From positions 1,248,001 to 1,312,000 of the forward strand of contig CBDFLE010000006.1 of the NCBI GenBank assembly GCA_965248925.1: a stretch of 64,000 bases of DNA, given 5' to 3'. This document shows, in pieces, positions 19,182 through 28,923 of this stretch (the first letter of the stretch is position 1; every line of letters starts with the position of its first letter). The stretch is from Candidatus Multivoradales bacterium. Its GTDB lineage: Bacteria; Acidobacteriota; Thermoanaerobaculia; Multivoradales; J023. The translations under genes were made by a program, and so were the position numbers. The notes under the pieces are model-generated. The model saw only the letters and a list, made by a program, of their open reading frames with translations, was not told the origin of the DNA and made no database searches.

Positions 19182-22100
19182 GTTCCCCCGACTCAGATCG
19201 ACCCGATCTTGACAACGAGGGTGCGGCGGAGGACGAGGAATACCGGTCGATGTGGGACTCGCCGCGGAAAGCTGTCAACCGAGCTTTCCGATTGCGACGT
19301 GATCACGGCTCGGACTCAGCCCCGAATCCGTCAGCGGAGCCACCTGCAGATCCAGATAGCCGCAGATCACGCGGCGAGCCCAGTGACCGGAGTGGCGACC
19401 AATATCACGTCTATGTCGACAACCGCCCTCACTCGACGGGTGACATTGATGGACCGGCGGAGTTCTACCCTCTAGGGCTAGAGTCACTGGAACCATTCTC
19501 TGGTCTTGAACCGCCTCAGGCGGTCGTAGACCTGAGTAACCGCCTGCAGACCGAACACCTGTTGATCCTGGGTGGTGCCGACTTTGCCGAAAAACACAGT
19601 CTGGCCTGCCAGGTCATCTGGAACCTGCAAACTACCTGTCGGCCTGGCCCAGACCACGGTGTTGAACTGGCCGCCAAGGAGTGGCTGCGCGGATCGGATC
19701 GGCCCCGACTTGCGACGCTCCTACAAACGGGGTCCAAGCCGACGATCTATCTACTTGACCAAGCGCGGCCAATCCACCTCGAATTCGCGTCCCAGCGACT
19801 TCGCGAGCTGGCCCGCCGCAACGGCCACTTTGTCCTCATTACGACAGATTTCTCGGTAGACGAGTGGTCCCTACCCGAAGGGTTCTCCCAGTGCGTCTGG
19901 CAGAATCTGACAACGACCAAGATCTATACGCCGCGCTACCTCGCCCAGTGTCTACGCCAGACGTTGAAGGGTGTTGAAGTGGAGGGGATCTTTCCCGACG
20001 GGCCACCACCAAATCGAGATGAAGATGCCGTACTGAACGCACCGCTCATCCACAGCTTGACGCTTCTCGACGCCGCCACTCTGCTTCAGTCTCCCGACCG
20101 CATCCGCTCCTTCGCCGATTGGCTACGGCGCCACAGCGGACCCCTCGAGCTAGAGCAGATCACCCGTTTCATTCGTCGGCTGCAGGGCAACAAGGCGGCG
20201 ATCGAGGGGTGGTATCGGCAGCTCGATCCTCGCAAACGTCTGCTGATCACTTTCATCGCCCTGTTCGACGGCCTGCTCGACGACCAGCTTTTTGCGACTC
20301 TGGACATCATTCTCGATGCGGTATGGCGTGACAGGGACCCAAGCCAACCGGCTTATGACTACAACGACCTGAACGAACTCAGCAGCTACGTCCGCAAGAA
20401 CCCACTCGACCGCGGCGGCCTAACATTGTCCACCAACTCCCGATCGCAGCGGCAGGCACTACTGGAGGTGTCCTGGGAGCTTCACAGACGACAGATCCTG
20501 GCCGCCATCCCGGTGGTGGCGGAACTCGTCAATCGAGCGTCGCAGTGGCTCAACCAGAGTTTTCGCCATGCAGCAGCACCCCAGATCACTGCCCGGACCT
20601 CGCCGAACGCAGAGCAGCGCGACAGCGCTGAGGACAACGGCCAGGACAGCGGTATGGCCCAGCCGAGCGCGGTTCGAGAGGGTTACGTTTCGCGTTGGCA
20701 CGACTATGGCCCCGAGCGAGAACTCTATAGCACGGTGCCGCGCAAGGCCAAGCTGCTGCAAGCACTGGCCGACGCGCTGAGCGTGCTCGGCACATTCTCA
20801 CGCAATGCCGTTGAACGAGCACTTCACCAGATAGCCGCTAACCGAGAGTGGGAAGTGCGGCAGGTCACAGCGACCGCCATGGCGAGGTGGAAGGAGCATC
20901 CCGATCATCCCCAGCTGCTCTATGCAACTCTGCATGCTTGGCAGAATGAAGCCAGGCAGAAAGCCAGGGGGGCAGCACCGCAGGAGGATGCTCGAGGTTT
21001 GTCCCAAATTCGCGCCACTGTGATGGAAATCGTCGGCTACTCCGTCCTCTACGATCCGCCCAATCAGCTAGCAGAACCGCTCCTACGATTGATCGAGAAA
21101 GCACTTCCTGACCACAACCGCCTGGTGCAGACCGCACTGAGGTTTTTGACCATCCCACTGGCGGTTGCCCACCACCGCCGCCAGCTGGACGACTTCATCA
21201 TCGAACTGGTCACGGATTCGCAAATGATCCGAGCTGTTGCCATGGGTTGGGCCAAGTGCCTCGAGCTACGTCCCGAAGAAGGGAAAGAGTTGATACGAGA
21301 ATGGCACCGGCGCTTTCTTTCGGCGACCGCCAATCCCGAGGAGCCACCTGAACGCAATGAGAGATGCTTAGCGACGCTAGCAGCCACCTATGGCGAAATC
21401 GAGGTTGGAAGTTCCGCAGCCCTGGATTCCGACGAACTCCTCAGGCGCATCCATCAGCTGCTGCAAAACCACCACCCGTTCGTTCGAGATTGGGCGATTC
21501 GTGCCTTGACTCGGCGCATCGGCGTTCATGTGAAAGAGATTCCCAAACGCCTCCAACAAGTGTTGGCCGAACTGCGACTCGAAGAGAAGCCAAGAGTCGT
21601 CACCGCACTGCGGGGACTTTACTTGCGCCAGCGGGCGTCTCTCGAAGGTGGAGACTTCAAGGTCTCGATCAAGGGCACATCCTTCGTCCTTTGGTCGCGA
21701 CCCGGCCTACGCCCGCTGACAACGGTTGAGGTAACGCTTTATGACTGGTTCGCTGATGAATCTCAGCCCGAGACTCAGGAACTCGCCTTGGCCGCACTGG
21801 CCGAGATTCGGGCCACTGCGGTCGATGAAGAAGAGCGTCACTTACAGGAACTCGGACCTCCCGAAGTCCCCGCCGAATCCCCAACTCAAGCCAAAGAAAT
21901 CAAGACCATCGTAAGGGTCACAGATCCGCCCCGACGGCGTTTCCTTGATCGCGTGCAGAAGCTGCTGCTCAACCTGACCACATGGCAGGAACAGCGAATC
22001 CGCACCGGCTTGAGTGGTCTAACCCCGGAGCTGATCGTTCAGGATCGCCGGGATCTGCAGCGGATGAGACCCGTATTCGACTCCCTGCGCGCTCAGGGCG

Positions 22101-22222
22101 GCCGCACGGCGCTACTGGGTCGCTACCTGCGTCGATTCCAATACCTCTACCGGTGGCGAAAGCTGTTGTTCGCAGTCACCGGCCTTATACTACTAGTGAT
22201 GCTATTGCAGATGATCTTCTGA
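19178..22222 (+). CDS. Large protein with a degenerate STAND-like P-loop region, helical (HEAT-like) repeats and a C-terminal TM
   Basis: ATG overlaps the upstream TGA. LLILGGADFAEKHSLA sits in a Walker-A-like position and TIYLLDQ is Walker-B-like. Long alpha-helical region and a hydrophobic C-terminal anchor. Confidence 0.55.
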   Translation: MSSPDSDRPDLDNEGAAEDEEYRSMWDSPRKAVNRAFRLRRDHGSDSAPNPSAEPPADPDSRRSRGEPSDRSGDQYHVYVDNRPHSTGDIDGPAEFYPLGLESLEPFSGLEPPQAVVDLSNRLQTEHLLILGGADFAEKHSLACQVIWNLQTTCRPGPDHGVELAAKEWLRGSDRPRLATLLQTGSKPTIYLLDQARPIHLEFASQRLRELARRNGHFVLITTDFSVDEWSLPEGFSQCVWQNLTTTKIYTPRYLAQCLRQTLKGVEVEGIFPDGPPPNRDEDAVLNAPLIHSLTLLDAATLLQSPDRIRSFADWLRRHSGPLELEQITRFIRRLQGNKAAIEGWYRQLDPRKRLLITFIALFDGLLDDQLFATLDIILDAVWRDRDPSQPAYDYNDLNELSSYVRKNPLDRGGLTLSTNSRSQRQALLEVSWELHRRQILAAIPVVAELVNRASQWLNQSFRHAAAPQITARTSPNAEQRDSAEDNGQDSGMAQPSAVREGYVSRWHDYGPERELYSTVPRKAKLLQALADALSVLGTFSRNAVERALHQIAANREWEVRQVTATAMARWKEHPDHPQLLYATLHAWQNEARQKARGAAPQEDARGLSQIRATVMEIVGYSVLYDPPNQLAEPLLRLIEKALPDHNRLVQTALRFLTIPLAVAHHRRQLDDFIIELVTDSQMIRAVAMGWAKCLELRPEEGKELIREWHRRFLSATANPEEPPERNERCLATLAATYGEIEVGSSAALDSDELLRRIHQLLQNHHPFVRDWAIRALTRRIGVHVKEIPKRLQQVLAELRLEEKPRVVTALRGLYLRQRASLEGGDFKVSIKGTSFVLWSRPGLRPLTTVEVTLYDWFADESQPETQELALAALAEIRATAVDEEERHLQELGPPEVPAESPTQAKEIKTIVRVTDPPRRRFLDRVQKLLLNLTTWQEQRIRTGLSGLTPELIVQDRRDLQRMRPVFDSLRAQGGRTALLGRYLRRFQYLYRWRKLLFAVTGLILLVMLLQMIF

Positions 22223-22234
22223 GGCCGATCAACA

Positions 22235-23812
22235 ATGGACCAAGCTCTGAAAGCCTTGCGCGCCTATTGGCGCAATAAGAATCACGGCCTGACAGAAGAA
22301 CTCGAGAACGCCTGCCGCCAGGTGTCAGAGCGACTCCGCACAGCAGCAAAAGCCAACAATTATGAGGCTCAGAACTCCCTGAGTGACGGCGAGCTGAGGA
22401 CTCAACTAGAGAGCCTAGGGAAGGGAGGAGATGGAGTCATCCGCCGCTTTTTGGAGAGGACTCAGGTGTCGAAGAAAGGCACTTCTGAGCGGCCAGAGGT
22501 TCAACTGCCGTCTCCAAAGTCAACCGGAGACAGTTACCGTAACAGCTTTGGAACGGTCCACGGTGGACTCCGGTTCGGCCCGCAGAATTACTACGGGCCC
22601 ACCGAACTCGCCCCATCTGTAGATGCGGAGCCAGACTCCGAAAGAGCCAAGACCGAAAGCAGCTGGTTCAATGCTCCAGAGCCCCTGCTCACCCCCCCAG
22701 GCGACCTGGAACTGAGAGTCCACCGCGTACCTAGCACTACAAGTGAATGGCAAATCGAGCTGGCGTTGCAAGGGGCGCCAGTAGATCCCGGACCAAGATC
22801 ATTCGAGCCTTTTACCCTTCATCCTAGGACTGGCGAGAAAATTAGAGGTTTCTTGGCGCAGATCGACCGCGCGCGCGTACCCATCGGAGAATGGGGGTCC
22901 GTTCCTCTCGTAGTCCAAAACTTCGGTTCAATGCTCTTCGACAAGATTCTCCGAAAACCGTTGGGCGAAGCTCTGTGGGTCTCACGCGATGTCCGCGGTG
23001 CTCTGCTGGTAGTGTCTGAGGAACCTTGGATCCCATGGGAGATCGTACAATTGCAGCAGCCGCACCAGAGGAATGGAAGCGAGCGTCGCGGCCCTTTCCT
23101 CTGCGAAGCCTTCAACCTCCTACGATGGCCGCCGTCCGCCGGGCATGAGGACAAGGAGGGTCGGCTACATCTCTCGCCGCCCATGACTCTACCGACGAAG
23201 CGTATCGCCGTGGTGGCACCGCAATCGGCCGAATTGCGAGCGCAAAAGCCCGAGGTTGAGTTCCTCCTCTCCCTGAGTCCCGAGCGACAAGTCAAGATGA
23301 TTCCCGCCAAGGAGGAAACGATCCGTGAACACATTTGCAGTGGCAATTTCGACGCTTGGCACTTCTGCGGTCACGGCTCGCTGGGCGACGACCCACATTT
23401 AGCAGGATTCCCACTCGATGATGGCAAGTTCCTAACGCCGCAGATCCTAGCGGGCAACTGCGGCTCCTTCGGAGACCCGCAACCATTGGTGTTCATGAAC
23501 GGGTGCTACAGCGGCCGCGCCGGGGATTCTCTGGTCGATATAGGCGGCTGGCCATCGGCTTTCCTTCGCGCCGGTGCCGGTGCCTTTATCGGCAGTCTGT
23601 GGCAGATCAGTAGCGAGCAAGCCTTCGACTACATGCGTGAGTTCTACACTCAATGGTTGACGGGTGCGACCCTGGCAAGCGCCCTTCACCACGCCCGAGA
23701 GCAAGCCAGTGGGCTAGCCGACCCCACCCGGTTGGCCTACACCGCGTACGGTCATCCCGCCGCGAGCTGCACCGGCCGAGGCAAAGGAACCGAAGCTACC
23801 ACCTACTACTGA
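22235..23812 (+). CDS. CHAT domain (caspase-like) protein
   Basis: WIPWE, AWHFCGHG, VFMNGCYSG, FIGSLWQI and AYTAYGHP motifs. Confidence 0.88.
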   Translation: MDQALKALRAYWRNKNHGLTEELENACRQVSERLRTAAKANNYEAQNSLSDGELRTQLESLGKGGDGVIRRFLERTQVSKKGTSERPEVQLPSPKSTGDSYRNSFGTVHGGLRFGPQNYYGPTELAPSVDAEPDSERAKTESSWFNAPEPLLTPPGDLELRVHRVPSTTSEWQIELALQGAPVDPGPRSFEPFTLHPRTGEKIRGFLAQIDRARVPIGEWGSVPLVVQNFGSMLFDKILRKPLGEALWVSRDVRGALLVVSEEPWIPWEIVQLQQPHQRNGSERRGPFLCEAFNLLRWPPSAGHEDKEGRLHLSPPMTLPTKRIAVVAPQSAELRAQKPEVEFLLSLSPERQVKMIPAKEETIREHICSGNFDAWHFCGHGSLGDDPHLAGFPLDDGKFLTPQILAGNCGSFGDPQPLVFMNGCYSGRAGDSLVDIGGWPSAFLRAGAGAFIGSLWQISSEQAFDYMREFYTQWLTGATLASALHHAREQASGLADPTRLAYTAYGHPAASCTGRGKGTEATTYY

Positions 23813-23843
23813 TCGCCAGCGGCTCGCCGCCGGGGAAAGTCCC

Positions 23844-24836
23844 TCAATCCCGCCCCGCCTTGGGAAAGACGATCACTACCAAGAACGTGCTCTGCCAGAA
23901 CAGCACCGGGTCGACGATCTCTAGAATGCCGTCCTGCTGTCGCAGCGAGTAGGAAGCGGGAGGCCGCAAGGGCAACAACTCGATCTTGCGCCAAGCCGTT
24001 CCCACAACAATTTCTAGCATTGAGTTCCGCTCCGCCTCCAGAAAATGATCGCGCACCAGATCCGGGGTAGAATTAAGAAAGCGACGCTTGCGCAAGCCAA
24101 ACATCCTCTTCTCTTCCTGCAGAATGCCTTGCTTGAGAAGCTCTTGCCGAGTGCCAAGTGTCCAGTACACAAGCAGTTTGCGGTGCTCCTCCCGAGACAG
24201 CTCTAGTTGCCGCTGGGCCAAGGTTTCGTCTTGCTCCCCGATCACTTCCGATTGCTCGGTGATGAACTCACCCTGTTCGGCGACTTCAGTTTGCAACTCC
24301 TCGACCGTCCCTTGCAGGTGCTCCACGCGCCGGCTCAGATAGACAATCCTCTTCAGCAACCGTGCAGCGTCCTCTTCCAGTTCGCTGTTCCGATCCCGCA
24401 GGCGGTGCGCCATAGCCTCCAGGTCGACAAGATTTCCGCCGGCAAGGCTTAGCAGTGATTGCAAACGATCAATCTGCTCGTCGTTGATCCGCGCATCGTC
24501 GCTGAGACTCTGCAAACGCTGGAGCAGGGTCTTCTCCCGCAGTAGCTGACGATTCTCAAGATCGCTGGCCAAGATCTGGCTCGAGAGATCGAACTTCTCC
24601 TCCTGCATCCCTTCGACCCTCTCACCTACCTCGTTCAATACCTGAGTGATGATCGCCACATAGACATCCTTCGACCGCGAGGACGCCTTCTCCCACTCAA
24701 CCCGCTTCAGCAGGCGCTCGTTCTCAGCTTCAACTCGCCTGAGTGTCCGCACATGCGACCAGCTCCAGAAGCCGAGCGCCATGCAAACCAACGACAAGAC
24801 CGCTGCCGACAGGTAGCTGATTCTCCCGGCCTTCAT
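23844..24836 (-). CDS. Membrane-anchored coiled-coil protein (Cbp1-like C-terminal domain)
   Basis: N-terminal TM, long coiled coil, and C-terminal VYWTLGTRQELLKQGIL...PPASYSL...IVDPVLFW. Confidence 0.65.
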   Translation of the reverse strand: MKAGRISYLSAAVLSLVCMALGFWSWSHVRTLRRVEAENERLLKRVEWEKASSRSKDVYVAIITQVLNEVGERVEGMQEEKFDLSSQILASDLENRQLLREKTLLQRLQSLSDDARINDEQIDRLQSLLSLAGGNLVDLEAMAHRLRDRNSELEEDAARLLKRIVYLSRRVEHLQGTVEELQTEVAEQGEFITEQSEVIGEQDETLAQRQLELSREEHRKLLVYWTLGTRQELLKQGILQEEKRMFGLRKRRFLNSTPDLVRDHFLEAERNSMLEIVVGTAWRKIELLPLRPPASYSLRQQDGILEIVDPVLFWQSTFLVVIVFPKAGRD

Positions 24837-25411
24837 CGTGTTGGCAACTCCAAAGAGGTCAACCCCTCAGCAGATGTTCCCGACATGCCAAGGTCACCCA
24901 AACGCACAACCTCCCATGCCGACGGCGAATCCTCGTCCAGATCGGAAACGAGGCGAAAACCCCGCTCCGAATCTGCTAAGAGCCAGCCGCAGATCTGCCC
25001 GGAGAAGCAGATCTGGTAGTGACCAGCTTCCGGCTCGAAGCGGAGTCTCGCAATTCCCTCTTCCCGTAGATCGGGAAGGTTTAGGCGATAGCCCACTGCC
25101 CAGTCTCTCTTCTGAGGTACCATCGCCAGAATCTCTAGAACCACTGTTTGGTGACCGTCCCCTGTGAACATAGTGCCAACCCAACTGCCAGCCAACTGCT
25201 CAGCCGTTGGGGGTCGACATGGCGCCGTCAGCGCCACCTCGGTATACTGGGGAGGGATCGACTCACCGCAAGCCAGCAAACCGACTCCGACCAACAGTGA
25301 TATGCTATGAACGCAGTTACCCCTCCGCAAGGAGCTAGCGAAAGTACAGTGGCGAAGTGTCTCAGCAGCCGCATAAACTGACCCCCAGACTAACTTGCCA
25401 AATCTACCCAT
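24833..25411 (-). CDS. Hypothetical lipoprotein
   Basis: VGLLAC lipobox, LAGSWVG beta-domain, ATGA overlap with the next gene. Confidence 0.6.
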   Translation of the reverse strand: MGRFGKLVWGSVYAAAETLRHCTFASSLRRGNCVHSISLLVGVGLLACGESIPPQYTEVALTAPCRPPTAEQLAGSWVGTMFTGDGHQTVVLEILAMVPQKRDWAVGYRLNLPDLREEGIARLRFEPEAGHYQICFSGQICGWLLADSERGFRLVSDLDEDSPSAWEVVRLGDLGMSGTSAEGLTSLELPTR

Positions 25412-25466
25412 CCGCCTACCAAAGCCTTGTTGTCACAAAGAATTGCGAACGAACCTCCAACCTGAT

Positions 25467-26201
25467 CTAATCTCGACGAAAACGCCATCGCTGATCACCA
25501 CTTTTTACAACTGCTCGAAGTTCCGCGTCCCTCTTGCCGTCGTCCCACATAGTACTGTTGATGCCAAACCAACTTGTGAACTCCGAGTGATAGTGCCGAG
25601 ACTTTGGATTAACCGTAAGCTGCCCCTCCCGCTCATCATAACTCTCAACTATCAGAGGTGCCTCTCGATCCGAACATTCCGAGAAACACTCACGCTTGCT
25701 GCTCGACGCCCCCTCCGAACGGATTTCGACGAAGACTCTCTGAGGCCTACGGCCAACGGAATGTTCGTGCATTCCAACGTCATCCGAACTGTCGATTGCC
25801 CCTGGATCGTCGGACCGTTCCACGAGTGAATCGCTGGCGGAAGGCCGTGGTTCTTCAGAGCAGAATATCTCGGCAATCTCACCCAGCAGAGGACGCCACT
25901 CTTCAATATCCGCGGATTCTGCCGAAAATTGAACACGGAGAGGCTTCGCATGGGTATCCATCGAAATCTGAACACGACGCAGAGCATTCTCCAACGCGCT
26001 CTCGATATCTCTTGCCAACCGGTTCCTTGCTTCTTTCGAGAGGGAACTTTCTCGCGGTGACACCGATATAGTTACCCCAGCTGCCTTCCATAACTTCCGC
26101 ATCCCCCATACTAGAATCGAGACCAACGCCAAGGCCAACAGCGCCTGAATCCAGTACAACTTGATCAATTCAACCTGTTTGTGCCACTGGAGTATGTTCA
26201 C
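25467..26201 (-). CDS. Hypothetical single-TM protein
   Basis: GGAG RBS, GTG start 11 bp after the upstream stop, N-terminal TM. Confidence 0.65.
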   Translation of the reverse strand: MNILQWHKQVELIKLYWIQALLALALVSILVWGMRKLWKAAGVTISVSPRESSLSKEARNRLARDIESALENALRRVQISMDTHAKPLRVQFSAESADIEEWRPLLGEIAEIFCSEEPRPSASDSLVERSDDPGAIDSSDDVGMHEHSVGRRPQRVFVEIRSEGASSSKRECFSECSDREAPLIVESYDEREGQLTVNPKSRHYHSEFTSWFGINSTMWDDGKRDAELRAVVKSGDQRWRFRRD

Positions 26202-26212
26202 CCTGAACTCCT

Positions 26213-28696
26213 TCAGTCTCGGACCAGCCCCTGCCAGATGCTAGCCGGCACTCCGGACGCCATCTCGCAGAAAACCTTGCATTCAAGAAGAAAGAGGGGA
26301 TCGAGGGTCATTTCCTCCCGACGGTCCTTGGACTTGATCTCATACCCCCAGCTACCCTCCACACCTCCGAGCAGACGCTGCAGAAGCGTCTCGCGAAACC
26401 CAGAGGGTAGCTCCGCGCTCGTTGACGTGCGATAGTAGGAACTGGACCAGGCAGAGAGGAAATTATTCAGCTCGAAGAATTCTTTGGGCACTGCGCTCTC
26501 ACCCAAGTCTACGAGCCTTTCCAAACCTTCCAAATCTAGCGAATCGACCGCATCGAAACCCTCATACCCCTGCTCGCCGACGCAAACCGGCCACGGGTTC
26601 CTCCGATTTCTCCGGCTCTCGACCTGCCGCATCACCACGGGACTTGCCGGTACGATGCGACCATAACCAACTTCCCACTTAGGCTCCGGGTTCAAGTGAA
26701 ACTCCACCTCCACCACGGAAGGGTTCTGAATGGCCGCTTTGAATACTTCGACCAGAGTGTCCCACTCGTCGTCCTCTTTGATCCAACTGAGGAAAGCCGA
26801 GCCTTTGCCACAGAAGTAGATCTTGAACTTTGACTGACTATCGTCCTGCACAATCAGTTTCCTCGATAGAATTCCCAGATAATAAACCAATGCTCCGTAG
26901 ATAAATGAAACATGCCCCAGGAAACGGCTGCGGTCATCCGACTCTCGAATCATCTCTATCAACTCATCGAGTCTGTTCTCTTCTTTCAGCAGCTCTAACG
27001 AAACATAGAAATAGGGCAAGCGATCGGATGGTGACAGCCCAGCCATCCCTAGCCTACTACTGACGCTACCTGTTGTATATACACTGCAATTTCGTTTCTT
27101 CAACAAGTCGCAATAAATATTCCAATTTCCCTCCAGGCACCAAAACGTGCTGATTGCGCTAGCGGCAAAGCGAACAGAGTCGAGATTTGACGGCTGGCCA
27201 TTCTGCCAGATGGCGATATCTGAGGTACTGCCACCGATGTCAATAGCCAACATCTGTGCTGCTGGAGAGGCTCCCTGCCGGTCCACAAGATAGTTCGCGA
27301 CTGCCAGCGCTTCCACCTCACTCCCATTGTCAATTAGCCCTTCAGATTCCAATAGTTTCTTCCAGCGCAACTGGAAACGATTCGCAAGCTGGGGCGGGAA
27401 GGCTGACGGATAGGAATGACCAACGGAGTCCACACGAGCATTCTTGTGGAAAGCCTCGGCTTTGGCCAACAGAAGTAGGTGGGATAGGAAGATCCTCGCC
27501 CGGTCTCGCTGCCCGTCGATGCTGGACCATTTAATCTCGGTAAAGAAGCTGGCCGTGGCACTGTCATAGTGGAAGTCCTGGCCTATCCGCCCGAGAACCG
27601 CCAAGCCATCATAGGGCAACCAGTTCTTCGACAGGCCTGATACTGCATCGCCGGTTCGAGGCTCATTGGCCATCACGATCTGCGTCGGCAACTCTTCAAT
27701 AGATTGAATCTCCAGGTCGGCGGATTCGGCGCCACTGACTGCGAAGAAATCCTGCTCAAGCATTCCTTCGCCAGTCAACTTTCGCGCTCGAGGGTAAATC
27801 TCTAGGGGTAGCCTGGAATTGTTCTCGCGATAGAACATACGAGTGTGGGTACTGCCCAGGTCGACCGATAGTTGCCACTCCTTCTTAGGCGAATCCAACG
27901 GTTCTACAAAGGGACCGAGGATCAGCCCAAAGTTCCGCTCGGGGCTGGATGGATCTAGTGCCGCGAGGATCTCAACCGGGTTCTCGGATCGCGACCAGAT
28001 AGCGGTCGGTAGCCCTTTGCGGCTCCGACTGTGCTTGACGACTGAATCGCCCCCACCCCTGGCCACCGGCTCAAAGCGTAGCCCCCCTTCTGAGAAGCTC
28101 TGAAAAAAGAAGTAGTCTTTCCAGGTAGTACTGTAGAAGTCCGGCCAGACAACAAATAGAGGAGTGTCTCGAAAGAAGTTCAATGGCGCATCTTCGTAAC
28201 AGCGCGTCGCCCTCACGAATCGTCTCTTCTGAACAGGAATCCAGAGCTGGATAAAGGTCCCTTGTTTCTCTCTCCAGGCCATCAGCGTAGCCGAGCGCCG
28301 GCTTGGATGGTCTTCCTTTGAACGGATGACCGGAGTCCCTAGGAGTTCCAGGCACTCGAGCCCAATGGGAAGAAGAAGAGTGTCCTGGTTGCTGAGTCGC
28401 AGTACGCCCTTGAGTCCAGGGCTCGTCTGGACCTTCACCAGTTCGTCGAGCAGTAGCGTCGCAGGGTCCGCGACCACCGCTATGTCCTCTTGATTGACCA
28501 GGTCTTGGAGGTCCCAGCGCAAAGATTCATCAACTGGTTGAAAGTGGGGGCCCAGCACTTGCAGAGAGCCTGTATCCGAGCGGCGGTTTCCGCTCTCATC
28601 GACTAGCTCGGAGCGACATCGCTCGTCGCCACCGGCGAATCCGATTAGGGTGTCACGGGAGCCGCAGTCGATGCGGAGATCGCTCGTCGAGTTCAT
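26213..28696 (-). CDS. Actin/Hsp70-fold ATPase domain protein
   Basis: Phosphate-1 VDLGSTHT, HSYP, SEVEA, phosphate-2 IDIGGSTSD and adenosine-like FCGKGS. GGAGG RBS and ATGA overlap at 28693-28696. Confidence 0.8.
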   Translation of the reverse strand: MNSTSDLRIDCGSRDTLIGFAGGDERCRSELVDESGNRRSDTGSLQVLGPHFQPVDESLRWDLQDLVNQEDIAVVADPATLLLDELVKVQTSPGLKGVLRLSNQDTLLLPIGLECLELLGTPVIRSKEDHPSRRSATLMAWREKQGTFIQLWIPVQKRRFVRATRCYEDAPLNFFRDTPLFVVWPDFYSTTWKDYFFFQSFSEGGLRFEPVARGGGDSVVKHSRSRKGLPTAIWSRSENPVEILAALDPSSPERNFGLILGPFVEPLDSPKKEWQLSVDLGSTHTRMFYRENNSRLPLEIYPRARKLTGEGMLEQDFFAVSGAESADLEIQSIEELPTQIVMANEPRTGDAVSGLSKNWLPYDGLAVLGRIGQDFHYDSATASFFTEIKWSSIDGQRDRARIFLSHLLLLAKAEAFHKNARVDSVGHSYPSAFPPQLANRFQLRWKKLLESEGLIDNGSEVEALAVANYLVDRQGASPAAQMLAIDIGGSTSDIAIWQNGQPSNLDSVRFAASAISTFWCLEGNWNIYCDLLKKRNCSVYTTGSVSSRLGMAGLSPSDRLPYFYVSLELLKEENRLDELIEMIRESDDRSRFLGHVSFIYGALVYYLGILSRKLIVQDDSQSKFKIYFCGKGSAFLSWIKEDDEWDTLVEVFKAAIQNPSVVEVEFHLNPEPKWEVGYGRIVPASPVVMRQVESRRNRRNPWPVCVGEQGYEGFDAVDSLDLEGLERLVDLGESAVPKEFFELNNFLSAWSSSYYRTSTSAELPSGFRETLLQRLLGGVEGSWGYEIKSKDRREEMTLDPLFLLECKVFCEMASGVPASIWQGLVRD

Positions 28697-28923
28697 CGCA
28701 GGTTCCTCCAATCACTTGAGATCGCGGGCAAAGAGTAGGGGCCCAGAAAGTCGTCTCTGATGATAATTCGGTCATCAGCTGAGGTAGCAGCCTTGAGTGC
28801 AGGGCTCTCCCGCCAGCTCTCGAGTTCGGCGCGAATCGAATTCTTCTGGCGTAGGCCGCAACGAGCACCAATTGTGTCGAATGTCCGTAGGACCTCATCA
28901 AGCCACACACTGAGAAGGCTTAG

